Source: Ferroacidibacillus organovorans
Lineage (GTDB): Bacteria; Bacillota; Bacilli; Alicyclobacillales; SLC66
Assembly: GCF_001642725.1 (NCBI RefSeq)
Contig: NZ_LSUQ01000009.1
Location: forward strand, 1 to 64,000
DNA length: 64,000 nt
Direction of reading: 5' to 3'
The notes beneath the pieces are model-generated. The model did no database searches and had not been told where the DNA came from. It was given only the letters and a program-made list of their open reading frames with translations. Positions 1 to 9,314 of the stretch are shown here, one piece after another (the stretch's first letter is position 1; the number at the start of each line of letters is the position of its first letter). The translations under genes were made by a program, and so were the position numbers.

Positions 1-83
1 ATCGTATCATGCGGAAATTTCACGTAGCATCGAAGTGTTGCGATGGTACACTGCAATCAAAGAGCGCATGGGAGGTTCATTGG

Positions 84-779
84 ATGACTCTGTACGGCAA
101 TGTCACGACAGTAGCGTCGCTCATTGGAGATGTGACGAGAACAACGATTCTCATGGCGCTCCTTGGCGGGCAGGCTCTTCCTGCAGGAGAACTCGCGAAA
201 CTGGCCCGCGTGTCACCACAAACGGCCAGCAATCATCTTGCAAAATTGGTGGCCGGAGGACTCCTCACCATGGAGGCATGGGGACGTCATCGGTATTATC
301 GACTGGCGGGTCCCGACGTAGCGAAGGCACTCGAGTCCATATCGTCCCTGTCCCCACCCACGCCCGTACGCTCCCTGCGCCAATCGACTGAAGCGACCGC
401 ACTCTGTTTCGCACGGACCTGTTACGACCACATTGCGGGTCGATTTGGCGTCGCGTTCACGGACGCTTTGCGAAACAAGGGATACTTGGCGGACCGAGAA
501 GACGGGTATATCGTAACCCCACTCGGTGCGAAGTGGTTTGAGACATTTGGAATCGCGGAAAAGGTCGTCGAAAAACACGGAGCCTCCGTTCCTAGGCATG
601 TAGATTGGACCGAACGGGTTCATCACATGGCGGGACCTATCGCGCTAGCGGTGACAAAACGCCTGTTGGAACTGGACTGGATCCGCAGAGGTCCCGTCCG
701 ACGATCCATTGTCGTTACAACAATGGGAAGAGAAAAACTGGCACAGGAATTGGGATTGAATGTCGAGGATGAGCGTTGA
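84..779 (+). CDS. ArsR/SmtB-family winged-helix transcriptional regulator (extended C-terminus)
   Basis: HTH 'LPAGELAKLARVSPQTASNHLAKL', 'GRHRYYRL' and 'ARTCYDHIAG' motifs; GGAGG at 71-75 favours the ATG at 84. Confidence 0.9.
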   Translation: MTLYGNVTTVASLIGDVTRTTILMALLGGQALPAGELAKLARVSPQTASNHLAKLVAGGLLTMEAWGRHRYYRLAGPDVAKALESISSLSPPTPVRSLRQSTEATALCFARTCYDHIAGRFGVAFTDALRNKGYLADREDGYIVTPLGAKWFETFGIAEKVVEKHGASVPRHVDWTERVHHMAGPIALAVTKRLLELDWIRRGPVRRSIVVTTMGREKLAQELGLNVEDER

Positions 780-975
780 CGAGTGATACGAGGCACCGTA
801 AGATTCTGATTGGAAACTCCCGTTATACGCCCAAACAAATCGTGAAAATGTGATAGGATTGTTCAGATTTCGGGCAGGTTAGTTCAGCCAGTGACAATGG
901 GCGAAGATGAACACAGCAGCCCGATAATCAGTTATAATTGTGGAAATTTACCAAGTGGAGGAGGGTGTCTGACTG

Positions 976-1275
976 GTGAATCTCTACTCCGACAATTTAA
1001 TTTTGAGACCATTTGCTATTGATGACGCAAAAAGAGTACGCGAACTTGCTGGCGACTATGATATAGCGAAAACGACCTTGCACATTCCATATCCATATCC
1101 AGAAGATGCCGCCGAGGCGTGGATCAAACGCACTCATGAAGCCGCCGAGAAAAGCAGTCTTTATGCGTTTGCGATTGTTCGTACATTCGACAGTGAATTG
1201 CTGGGTGCCATTAGCTTAGGTATCGTGCCTGAGCACAAACGTGCGGAAGAAGAATTGATGAATGAGATCTCTTAA
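976..1275 (+). pseudogene. Truncated RimJ/RimL-type GNAT acetyltransferase (N-terminal half only)
   Basis: 'LILRPF...IPYPYP...LLGAISL...HKRAE' breaks off before the expected GYW and acetyl-CoA-binding motifs; strong RBS upstream. Confidence 0.7.
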
Positions 1276-2449
1276 ACCGCCCTTTGTTATCTTTATCGCC
1301 GTACTTTTCCAATACTCTTGCGGTAACGCAATTAATCCCGTGTTGGCACCATTGGCAATGCAAACTGGGATGAGCACCGTTCAGACTGGGTTATTTTTTA
1401 CGCTTTCGTCGCTAATGTGGCTCGTCGCCAGCCCTTTTTGGAGCCGAAAAAGTGAAACACTCGGACGAAAGAATGTAATGCTCATTGGATTGGGCAGTTG
1501 CGGCTTTCTTTACCTATCGTTTGGGCTTGTTGGGGATTGGGGATTATCACATCGCCCCAACCCCATGTTGTTATTTTCTATTCTTTTGCTTATTAGACTT
1601 ATTTCTGGACTGTTTTTCTCAACAGTTCCAATTGCCTCACAAGCCTACATCGCTGATACAACGCACGGCAACGAGAGAACTGTAGCTGTGTCGTTGATCT
1701 GGATGGCGAGTGGACTCGGCTCGATCATCGGACCTGGAATAGGAGTTTTCTCATCGCATCATCTAATGAATCCTTTATATATAGGTTCTGTGCTGCCTTT
1801 GGTAGGTTTTTTAGGGGTTTTTCTGGGTCTTCCAAATACACAAGCGACACGGATTTCAATCAATAGTCCTGCGGTTAAAGTCAAGTTTTTGGATAGACGT
1901 GTTTGGAAATTTCTCTTTATGGTTGCCTCTCTTCAGGCGTCGGTCCTTGGAATACAGGTAACCACAGGCTTTTTCGTTGAATCTCACTTTCACCTTACTG
2001 CAAGCCAAACTGCAGAAACGGTCGGGCTTCTCTTCATGCTTACTGGCGTAGTGTCGGTAACGTCGCAATTAATCTTTGTTTGGCAAATGAAGCTGTCTTC
2101 TAAGATGCTTCTCTTTATCGGTACGCCAACTCTCCTCTTGTGTTCCATTAGCCTAATGTTCCACGCTTTCATGGTAGCTGTTTACGCTGGGTTCATTCTT
2201 TTAGGTGTAGGTATTGGATTCGTGTTACCAGGAGCGACATCAGGTGCTTCGTTAGCCGTAAAGCAAAATGAACAAGGAGCTATCGCTGGTCGAATAAGTG
2301 CTTCACAGGGACTTGGTACTGCTGTGGGACCTCTCGTCGGCACAAACCTGTACAATTTAAATCACTTGTTGCCCTATGTCTTTGTTGGACTCCTATTTTC
2401 CATCGCATCGGTATTCTCTTGGTCCAGATCCAGTTATACATCCCCGTGA
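1262..2449 (+). CDS. MFS transporter (drug:H+ antiporter-like)
   Basis: About 12 hydrophobic segments, motif A-like 'WSRKSETLGRKNV', 'AYIADTT', 'GPLVG'. Confidence 0.9.
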   Translation: MRSLKPPFVIFIAVLFQYSCGNAINPVLAPLAMQTGMSTVQTGLFFTLSSLMWLVASPFWSRKSETLGRKNVMLIGLGSCGFLYLSFGLVGDWGLSHRPNPMLLFSILLLIRLISGLFFSTVPIASQAYIADTTHGNERTVAVSLIWMASGLGSIIGPGIGVFSSHHLMNPLYIGSVLPLVGFLGVFLGLPNTQATRISINSPAVKVKFLDRRVWKFLFMVASLQASVLGIQVTTGFFVESHFHLTASQTAETVGLLFMLTGVVSVTSQLIFVWQMKLSSKMLLFIGTPTLLLCSISLMFHAFMVAVYAGFILLGVGIGFVLPGATSGASLAVKQNEQGAIAGRISASQGLGTAVGPLVGTNLYNLNHLLPYVFVGLLFSIASVFSWSRSSYTSP

Positions 2450-3088
2450 CGAGACTAAAGGGCGCGATTCTGGAACATCAGGGTCGCCTTTCACATTACA
2501 CGGATATACAGGTCAAGTTCGTAATTGTGTGTAATTTCGTTTTTCCTCTGTCCAAAGGGTCTCTTGTCCTTTCATCGCCTTCCGAGGACTTGAAGCTCTT
2601 CCGTTCATCTCGCGATTCGTGCGATCCCACCCTTGCATGGATGCGGTTTGGTTTGTTTGGCCAGACGGGACCCAAGCGCAATATGGGCTGGGATTGAATC
2701 CTTTGGATTCTCCTTCTGAGAGTGAGTACTTGACACACCCATTCTACCAGAGCAAATCGAATGGCTCATCTTATTTGATAGAGCTATTACGTAGTCTCGA
2801 GCCTACGCATTTTTACACATAATACCGGACACAACTTATCACCTAGCAGTTTGCTTTTTGTTCTGTTGTTAACTGATGAAACCAGTTTACTTAGCATTAT
2901 CAGAAAGTTATCTCGGTGTTTGTAACTGTTATGTGTAGAACCTTAGCCTCTACGGAACTCATACAGGCTATTCGTGGTATTTACCACAGCGCAGCGTGAA
3001 GGAGGTACCTGGAATTAGCCCTGATGGCTCTCTATCTAGGACATATGGGGAATCACTTGAAATATTTTAAAATTCCAAGTAAATTCCA

Positions 3089-3117
3089 TTGACTTTCCAC
3101 TGCTCAAACAGTAAAAT
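3089..3117 (+). promoter_or_regulatory. Sigma-A promoter for csp, giving a long U-rich 5' UTR
   Basis: TTGACT-17 bp-TAAAAT about 160 nt upstream of the csp start. Confidence 0.6.
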
Positions 3118-3280
3118 TAAATAGTTCAGATGTGCGTCGGATTGAAGGTGTGGTTTTAATGTGCCGTTTTTTCTCTGCTTTCACTTCAGATTGCAGAAGA
3201 AAAACGACTTTTGTGCCTTTGATTTTGTATGTAATTTGTGAATAAATTGGTTCGTGCCAAGGGCATGAGGAGGAAATAAT

Positions 3281-3475
3281 ATGGAACAAGGAATCGTAAA
3301 GTGGTTTAATGCGGAAAAGGGCTTTGGCTTCATTTCTCGCGAGAACGGCGATGATGTATTTGTACATTTTAGCGCTATCCAAGGAAATGGTTATCGTTCT
3401 TTGGAAGAAGGACAGCGTGTAAACTTTGACGTTGTGCAAGGTTCAAAGGGATTACAAGCTGAAAACGTAGCTTAA
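3281..3475 (+). CDS. csp: Cold-shock protein (CspA family)
   Basis: '[15 protein letters not shown]...[10 protein letters not shown]' RNP1/RNP2 motifs; GAGGAGG RBS. Confidence 0.97.
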   Translation: MEQGIVKWFNAEKGFGFISRENGDDVFVHFSAIQGNGYRSLEEGQRVNFDVVQGSKGLQAENVA

Positions 3476-3489
3476 TTTCTTTAATAATC

Positions 3490-3540
3490 AAGGAACTGTC
3501 CGTAAGGTGTTGCTTAAATACCTTAAGGGCAGTTCCTTTT
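3490..3540 (+). terminator. Intrinsic terminator hairpin after csp
   Basis: aaggaactgtcc...gggcagttcctt stem followed by T-run. Confidence 0.7.
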
Positions 3541-3587
3541 AGTATTACTCAATCGTTCGCCCATTTTTTAGGAAAGGAGGCAAATTA

Positions 3588-3770
3588 ATGAGCTACTATA
3601 ATAATAGGAGAAAGCCCGCTTCTGAACACGTCTATGCGGACGTTGTTATTTGGCAGTGTTCAGAATGCAATTGTTGGTCAAGACAAGAGTTCGTTCATGT
3701 GGTCGAACCAAATTGCCCTTTGTGTAAAGGGCTTATGAATAGTGAAGCAAAAAATATTCGGATTGAATAA
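3588..3770 (+). CDS. Cold-inducible YdjO-like small Cys-rich (zinc-ribbon) protein
   Basis: 'WQCSECNCWSR...CPLCKG' pattern; AAGGAGG RBS; directly downstream of csp. Confidence 0.8.
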   Translation: MSYYNNRRKPASEHVYADVVIWQCSECNCWSRQEFVHVVEPNCPLCKGLMNSEAKNIRIE

Positions 3771-3975
3771 GCTTACTTTCGTCGGAGACGCGCTATTGCG
3801 AACTGCTGCCCGAAACTGTAAGAAGCCCGCGACACAAGCGATGCGGTATTTCGTACAAATTCCTCCACACTGATAAATTGGCTGGATTGAAAAACAGGCA
3901 TTGTCCGTAGAACGCCATGCAAGACCTGGTTTATTGTTTCGAAGTGACTTGGTTCACCAACAGCTTAAAAGTGGT

Positions 3976-4205
3976 CTACGGAAGTGTTGAGTAGTCCGAC
4001 CAATTCATCACATTCTTACCTGCGAGATACAAAGTGACACCTAAAGAATCAATGGTACTCCTTGCAGTATCCTCTTTCCATTTCAACATGTCGTTCAGGA
4101 CCGCTCCCTCTTGAATCCTAAATGCCTTGTCCTTCGTACCTTTTGGCCGTTCCCACTCCTGCCAATATTCATTATCGTTTGTCACCAATGCGGTGTATCC
4201 TACCG
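3976..4205 (-). pseudogene. C-terminal fragment of a hypothetical protein abutting the IS21 remnant
   Basis: Protein-like frame 'GYTALVTNDNEYW...FRIQEG...WSDYS' with no own start or RBS, beginning where the transposase frame ends. Confidence 0.45.
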
Positions 4206-4490
4206 TATCTGGCACAAACGTTCATAGATTCGATTTGCTGTATGTCGCTGTTTCTTAGGAACACCGGGCAATTCATCATCGCGTATCCAAGTCTCAATAA
4301 TCGGCTTCCAGCGCTCCATCACTCGACCAGGTCGAGGCGCATTCAATTGAAATTTGGGTATGTCAGCGTCCTGAAGCATCTTTCAAATCGTCTGACGTGA
4401 GATTTTACAACGTTTACTCAGTTCTCTAATCGACCAACCATCCACAAGATGCCTTTTCCTGATATACTTCTTATGGACCATTCCAAACAT
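4200..4490 (-). pseudogene. istA: IS21-family transposase IstA, N-terminal fragment with internal stop
   Basis: Manual translation MFGMVHKKYIRKRHLVDGWSIRELSKRCKISRQTI*KML...PKKQRHTANRIYERL; TGA at 4385-4383; GGAGG RBS. Confidence 0.85.
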
Positions 4491-4582
4491 GTCCTTTCCT
4501 CCTGTTCACGTGTAGCATCAGCAACTACAGCGTAACAGGAATTGGATTTTTGGAGTGGTCAACTTTTTAGTTGTCAACCACA
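4200..4582 (-). mobile_element. Partial IS21-family element (one end plus truncated istA)
   Basis: Minus strand from 4582 reads TGTGGTTGACAACTAAAAAGTTGACCACT, an IS21-like TG terminus, upstream of the istA fragment; no istB or other end seen. Confidence 0.7.
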
Positions 4583-4589
4583 GCGCGTA

Positions 4590-5486
4590 TTAATTGCGAC
4601 GAGCCGTTCGCTCTATACCATCAGTGATTACTTTGTACAGTTGGTGCGGCAAATCGTGTCCCATGCCGTCAACCAACATCAACTCGGCGCCCGGGATGGC
4701 AGAAGCCGTGTCCTCGCCGCACGCCGGGACGAACAGGGGATCGTCCACTCCATGAATGACAAGTACTGGTACTTTTAGGGTTGCCAGCCGCGGACGACGG
4801 TCACCGGAGACAGCGATCGCTGCGATTTGTCGTCCGACACTGCCTGGATCGTAGGTTCGCTTGACTTCCTCCAGAATGAGCGCCCGATGAGCATCCGCTT
4901 CAAACGGATAGCCGGTGCCCGCGATACGTTTGGCAAAAGAGAGGCTGTTCGCCAAAAATCCTGCTTCATCCTCGAATGGGTTTGGCGCCGGTTTAGTCAT
5001 CATCGCCATGACATCCGGGGCAGATTGCGGAAGAGCGGGATTACCGGAGCTGGACATCATGGAAGTTAGCGACAAACCCCGTTCAGGGTACTCACTGGCC
5101 GCACACTGGGCGATCATTCCGCCCATCGACCTGCCAACGAAATGTGCTCGGTCAATTGAAAGGGCGTCGAGCAGTCCGATAGCATCAGCGGACATGTCAT
5201 CGAGGGTATAGGGAATGTCCGGTCGTTTTCCCGACATAAGAGCGGCCTCCAGTTCGTTGAAATCCAGCGCACGATGATGGCTAAAGTGCGTCGAGCAACC
5301 TGCGTCCCGATTGTCAAAGCGGATCACGCGAAAGCCCCTCGCTACTAATATCCGACAAAACGGAACCGTCCATCGTATCATCTGGGTTCCAAGCCCAGCG
5401 ATTAGAATAATAACCTCGTCGTTTTCATTACCAAAACTGTCATAAGACAAATCAACGCCGTTGGCTTTCAGAATGCCCATGGTCAT
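4590..5486 (-). CDS. Alpha/beta fold hydrolase
   Basis: 'FDNRDAG', nucleophile motif GRSMGG, 'HGVDDPL', 'GMGHD'. Confidence 0.92.
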   Translation of the reverse strand: MTMGILKANGVDLSYDSFGNENDEVIILIAGLGTQMIRWTVPFCRILVARGFRVIRFDNRDAGCSTHFSHHRALDFNELEAALMSGKRPDIPYTLDDMSADAIGLLDALSIDRAHFVGRSMGGMIAQCAASEYPERGLSLTSMMSSSGNPALPQSAPDVMAMMTKPAPNPFEDEAGFLANSLSFAKRIAGTGYPFEADAHRALILEEVKRTYDPGSVGRQIAAIAVSGDRRPRLATLKVPVLVIHGVDDPLFVPACGEDTASAIPGAELMLVDGMGHDLPHQLYKVITDGIERTARRN

Positions 5487-5654
5487 GTTCTCCTTTAATC
5501 AATTCGGTATCGGAAGTTCTGCCATAGAAAGAAATCGTGAATCCTCGATTGCTGCAGTCCGATGCCCGATCAGTTCTTTCAGGGTCTTCTGTTCCTGACC
5601 AATCATCCGTAGTTCTTATTTTTTGTTCCAAATCCTCTACGCCCCCACACGCTT

Positions 5655-6272
5655 TCATTCATTCATTTCTTCTTGAGGGAATGCATTAGCGGCTAATCTT
5701 TTGATATGGTTTCTAATATCAGGTGACCAGTCATCGATGAAGTGGTAAAACCGATCCAAATCACCAGCATACAGTGCCCGCAGTGCTTCTTCGTATTGAT
5801 GGAAGTTTCCGGCCATAGCCGTCATAAAGCGATATGTTGCTTCTTGTGACTCTCGTATTTTGCTCTGTTTTCCTCCTACACGGCGAGCCTCATCAACGAG
5901 TTTTCGTAATGTTACCGACGCCCCTCCAGGTTGACTCTTGAGCCATTCCCAATGCCGTGGCAATAACGTAACCTCACCGGATACAACCCCTAGCTTAGGT
6001 CGACCGGCCCGCCGTGCAGGCTGATGATTCATTTCCGTACCGGCCAAGTCACCTAACCGTTCTCCTAATCGTTTGAGCGCGTCATCTGTCTTCCCTCGAA
6101 AATCAACATCGATTTGCTTCCCCGTGGAATCGTCAAATATAAGCAACTGTGTGAGGTCTCTGTCATCCAGAGCATCCTTCACTGTAGAAACAACGTACTG
6201 TAACGAACCACTAGCGACGACTCTACCACAAAGAAATGCCGTGCAGTAAAAGTACGTTAGGTCATTTCTCAT
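5655..6272 (-). CDS. DUF2239 family protein
   Basis: 'LIFDDSTGKQIDVDFRG', 'GRPKLGVVSGEVTLLPRHWEWL..QPGGASVTLRKLVDEAR', 'YEEALRALYA'; GGAGGTG RBS before ATG 6272. Confidence 0.9.
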   Translation of the reverse strand: MRNDLTYFYCTAFLCGRVVASGSLQYVVSTVKDALDDRDLTQLLIFDDSTGKQIDVDFRGKTDDALKRLGERLGDLAGTEMNHQPARRAGRPKLGVVSGEVTLLPRHWEWLKSQPGGASVTLRKLVDEARRVGGKQSKIRESQEATYRFMTAMAGNFHQYEEALRALYAGDLDRFYHFIDDWSPDIRNHIKRLAANAFPQEEMNE

Positions 6273-6303
6273 GCTGCACCTCCCCATCTGAATGCCTGCA
6301 CTA

Positions 6304-6347
6304 ATTATACCCGTATAAAATAATGCGTCAATATTACCCAGGTAAAA
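6304..6347 (-). promoter_or_regulatory. Sigma-A promoter overlapped by two palindromic operator-like sites
   Basis: TTGACG (6331-6326)-16 bp-TATAAT (6309-6304); palindromes TTATAC-CC-GTATAA (6305-6318) and TTACC-CA-GGTAA (6334-6345). Confidence 0.65.
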
Positions 6348-6558
6348 TATATTTTTTTCGTTATGGAGTGAATCAAAGCAAAAAAAAAAAACGCGATCTA
6401 CGAGAAACCGCGCTGTTGTAGGCTATTTACATGCTGTGTTTTACCGTTAATCTGCCCAATCGAAACATTTGTGGGTAAATGGTATCGAAAATTCAGTGAA
6501 ATCGCTATGTCGATTCTGCTTGAAACTACAAATAGTGCCGCGCTCCCTGCTCGTATCA

Positions 6559-7122
6559 TCACACTACACCACAGACGTGGCTGTTACTGCACTCTAGCGT
6601 CGTTTCGTTTGAGATCGCTAATCTTAAAACCATTAAATCCTCATCAAAATAATGTCCATCAAACTTCAAGGCGTGCGGTTCTACACCGTAAACTTCAAAT
6701 CCCAGTGTGGTATATAGCCGTTTTGCTGATTCGTTATTCGACACGACCGTTAAATGAATCTGTTCCAACCCTTCACATTCTTTTGTTGCCCTTTCAATAA
6801 GGGCTAGCAATAGGGCCTTTCCTACCCCCCGTCCTCGAAGTTGAGGCTCTATGTACATGCCATAAATATTCCCTTTGTGTGCTGTCTTAAGCCTGTTCTC
6901 GCGTACAAAATTGACAATGCCAACTAATATGTCGCTGTCGTCAAAACATCCCAACGTAAATTGATCTCTCGTATGTCGTATCCTCTCTATAAAATTCCCC
7001 AAAGGTCTGGTTGCTTCTTGCTCATAGGTTGAACCAAATGAATCAGGGTCATTTTTCAATGCACGCAACCGAACCTCCCTGTACATTTCGGCATCACCAT
7101 CGACCAATAGACGAATGTTCAT
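6559..7122 (-). CDS. GNAT N-acetyltransferase
   Basis: 'GMYIEPQLRGRGVGKALL', 'NESAKRLYTTLGF'; GGAGG before ATG 7122. Confidence 0.92.
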   Translation of the reverse strand: MNIRLLVDGDAEMYREVRLRALKNDPDSFGSTYEQEATRPLGNFIERIRHTRDQFTLGCFDDSDILVGIVNFVRENRLKTAHKGNIYGMYIEPQLRGRGVGKALLLALIERATKECEGLEQIHLTVVSNNESAKRLYTTLGFEVYGVEPHALKFDGHYFDEDLMVLRLAISNETTLECSNSHVCGVV

Positions 7123-7282
7123 ACGAGACCTCCAATCCATTATCCCAGTGTGATTTAACATCGATTTTACGAACTGAATGTATTCTGCGCGAAGTCTGCA
7201 TACGTTGCCGTGTTTAATTCGCGAAATGAATTGACAGCACGGTGTAGTATTGTCTTCACTTTCGCCTGAGTCTAGCCTGTGA

Positions 7283-8698
7283 TCACTCGGGCATTTCTCG
7301 CACAGGCAACGACAACGCATCCACATCGAGAGCGCGCGCATAGATTTTTTCCGGGATGCCGAGCGTCTGACAAGCGCTACGCAAAGACATGTCATTGGCC
7401 AACGCATGCTTGACCACCTTGGCAGCTTGCTCATATCCCAGTTCGAGATTCAGCGCCGTAGCGAGTGATAGTGAGTTTTCCGCATATTGGCGACAACGGC
7501 TCTCATCCGCCGTGATGCCGCGTACGCAAGCGTCCGCAAATACCTGCACCGCATGCGCCAAGATATGGATCTCGTGCAGAAAATTGGCTGCCATCACCGG
7601 CATCATCACGTTCAGTTCGAGTTGGCCGGCCGCCCCCGCCTGGGCAACGGTCGTATCGCAGCCCAGTACCTGATAGACTACCATGTTCAGCATCTCTGCG
7701 ATGACTGGATTCACTTTACCAGGCATGATGGACGATCCCGGCTGAACCACCGGCAAAATTAATTCGGCAAGGCCGGTGCGCGGCCCGGAGGAGAGCAGGC
7801 GCAGATCGTTTGCGATCCGGCCAAGCGCCTGTGCGAGGCTCCGCAAAGCGCCGCTGACCAGCACGACCTCGTCCGGGTTTTGATTGAACATAAACGGATT
7901 ATCCGGCAGTCGATACGCGAGCCCCGTTTTTTCGGCCACATGCCGGACGGCGAGATTGGCGAATGCGGGCTCCGTATTGATGCCTGTGCCGACCGCGTTT
8001 CCTCCGAATCCAATGGCCAACAGTTCGTCGGCCGCTTGTTTAACCCAGCGACGGTGCCGCCGGATATTGTGTGCATAGGCACGAAACTCATCCCCCAGAC
8101 GCATCGGCACCGCGTCTTGCAGATGCGTCCGCCCTGATTTAACGATGTGCGCAAAAGCCCGAGCGCGCTCCTCGAGAGCCTGTTCGAGGCTGTCAAGCGC
8201 CGGGGCGAGTTCATGCGTCAGCAGATCCAGTCCAGCCATGTTCATCGCGATGTGAATCGTGTCGTTGGTGGATTGCGACCTGTTCACATCGTCGTTCGGA
8301 TGAACGAGCAGGGTGCCGCCGCGCGTGCCTCCCAGAATTTCTGTCGCCCGCGCGGCGATCACTTCATTGGCATTCATGTTTTGGGAGGTTCCGGCGCCGG
8401 CCTGATACACATCCACACGAAACCACTCGTCAAGCGTCCCCTTCGCCACCTCATCGGAAGCTTGGCAAATGGCATCTGCCTTCGCTGCATCAAGCATTCC
8501 AAGATTCGCATGCGCCCGGGCCGCCGCCCACTTCACGATGCCCTGCGCTCGGATAAAGGCCGGTGGCAGCCGAAGCCCGCTAATCGGAAAGTTAGCCATG
8601 GCGCGTGCGGTCTGCGCGCCGTAATAGGCGTCCATGGGGATTTCGATTTCGCCGAGGGAGTCACGCACAGTTCTCATCCGGTTTACCATCTTCATCAC
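7283..8698 (-). CDS. Aspartate ammonia-lyase / class II fumarate hydratase family enzyme
   Basis: 'YYGAQTARA', 'GAGTSQNMNANEV', 'GRTHLQDA', signature 'GSSIMPGKVNP'. Confidence 0.92.
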   Translation of the reverse strand: MMKMVNRMRTVRDSLGEIEIPMDAYYGAQTARAMANFPISGLRLPPAFIRAQGIVKWAAARAHANLGMLDAAKADAICQASDEVAKGTLDEWFRVDVYQAGAGTSQNMNANEVIAARATEILGGTRGGTLLVHPNDDVNRSQSTNDTIHIAMNMAGLDLLTHELAPALDSLEQALEERARAFAHIVKSGRTHLQDAVPMRLGDEFRAYAHNIRRHRRWVKQAADELLAIGFGGNAVGTGINTEPAFANLAVRHVAEKTGLAYRLPDNPFMFNQNPDEVVLVSGALRSLAQALGRIANDLRLLSSGPRTGLAELILPVVQPGSSIMPGKVNPVIAEMLNMVVYQVLGCDTTVAQAGAAGQLELNVMMPVMAANFLHEIHILAHAVQVFADACVRGITADESRCRQYAENSLSLATALNLELGYEQAAKVVKHALANDMSLRSACQTLGIPEKIYARALDVDALSLPVREMPE

Positions 8699-8812
8699 TC
8701 CTGTCCATTATAGTTTACACTTTCCTTTCTTGAATGGCCGTACGATACCTACTTCACGATGCCAATAAACAATGCGCCATCAAATTTTGTATCAAACGTT
8801 TCGGCGATTCAG

Positions 8813-9304
8813 TTAAAAATTGGGCAAATTATTGATACTCCATTTGTTATTCTGTTTTATAACGGTTATAAATTCGGGATTGGTGCGAGGACGCCCGTTT
8901 GATCCATACAATCCCATGGCGGTTCCATACATCCAAACGTAGAATTGGTACTCGTTGTTTGAGACTTTCCTGTATCCAACGACTTCGTAGCTCTCATGAC
9001 CAGGCGGTACGAATGTAAAGTAATGCTCTAATTGTGCAGCTGATTTACCTTGTTTGGCCTTTGAGTTCAAGAGTGCGATGCCATCTTTACCGTCAAGCGT
9101 GAGCCAATCATTCAAAAATTTATCAACCGTTGCATTTGCTTGAAAGTAGTTATCCTGCAACATGGCTAAGGAACTGTCGATCTTTACGGTCATTTGCTTT
9201 GTTGTGTTATTTTTTACTTGCGATGTATTTTGTTCAGTCGAGCATCCAACCAACGATAAAACGATAACAGCAGTGATACCGAGCGCGATCAGACGTTTGT
9301 TCAC
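8813..9304 (-). CDS. Lipoprotein of unknown function (possibly NTF2-like)
   Basis: GTG start with GAGGTG RBS; signal peptide 'NKRLIALGITAVIVLSLVGC' with lipobox. Confidence 0.75.
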   Translation of the reverse strand: MNKRLIALGITAVIVLSLVGCSTEQNTSQVKNNTTKQMTVKIDSSLAMLQDNYFQANATVDKFLNDWLTLDGKDGIALLNSKAKQGKSAAQLEHYFTFVPPGHESYEVVGYRKVSNNEYQFYVWMYGTAMGLYGSNGRPRTNPEFITVIKQNNKWSINNLPNF

Positions 9305-9314
9305 ACATATCACC

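Noticed and set aside
2496..2822. Short overlapping ORFs after the MFS gene
   Set aside because: No RBS or recognisable motif in the frames examined; possibly decayed sequence
5452..5658. 68-aa ORF between DUF2239 and the hydrolase
   Set aside because: Start overlaps the upstream stop, but the sequence has no family features and runs into the hydrolase; likely a remnant or spurious
7123..7434. N-terminal extension of the 291-aa GNAT ORF
   Set aside because: Overlaps the aspartase gene; a good RBS and ATG exist at 7122
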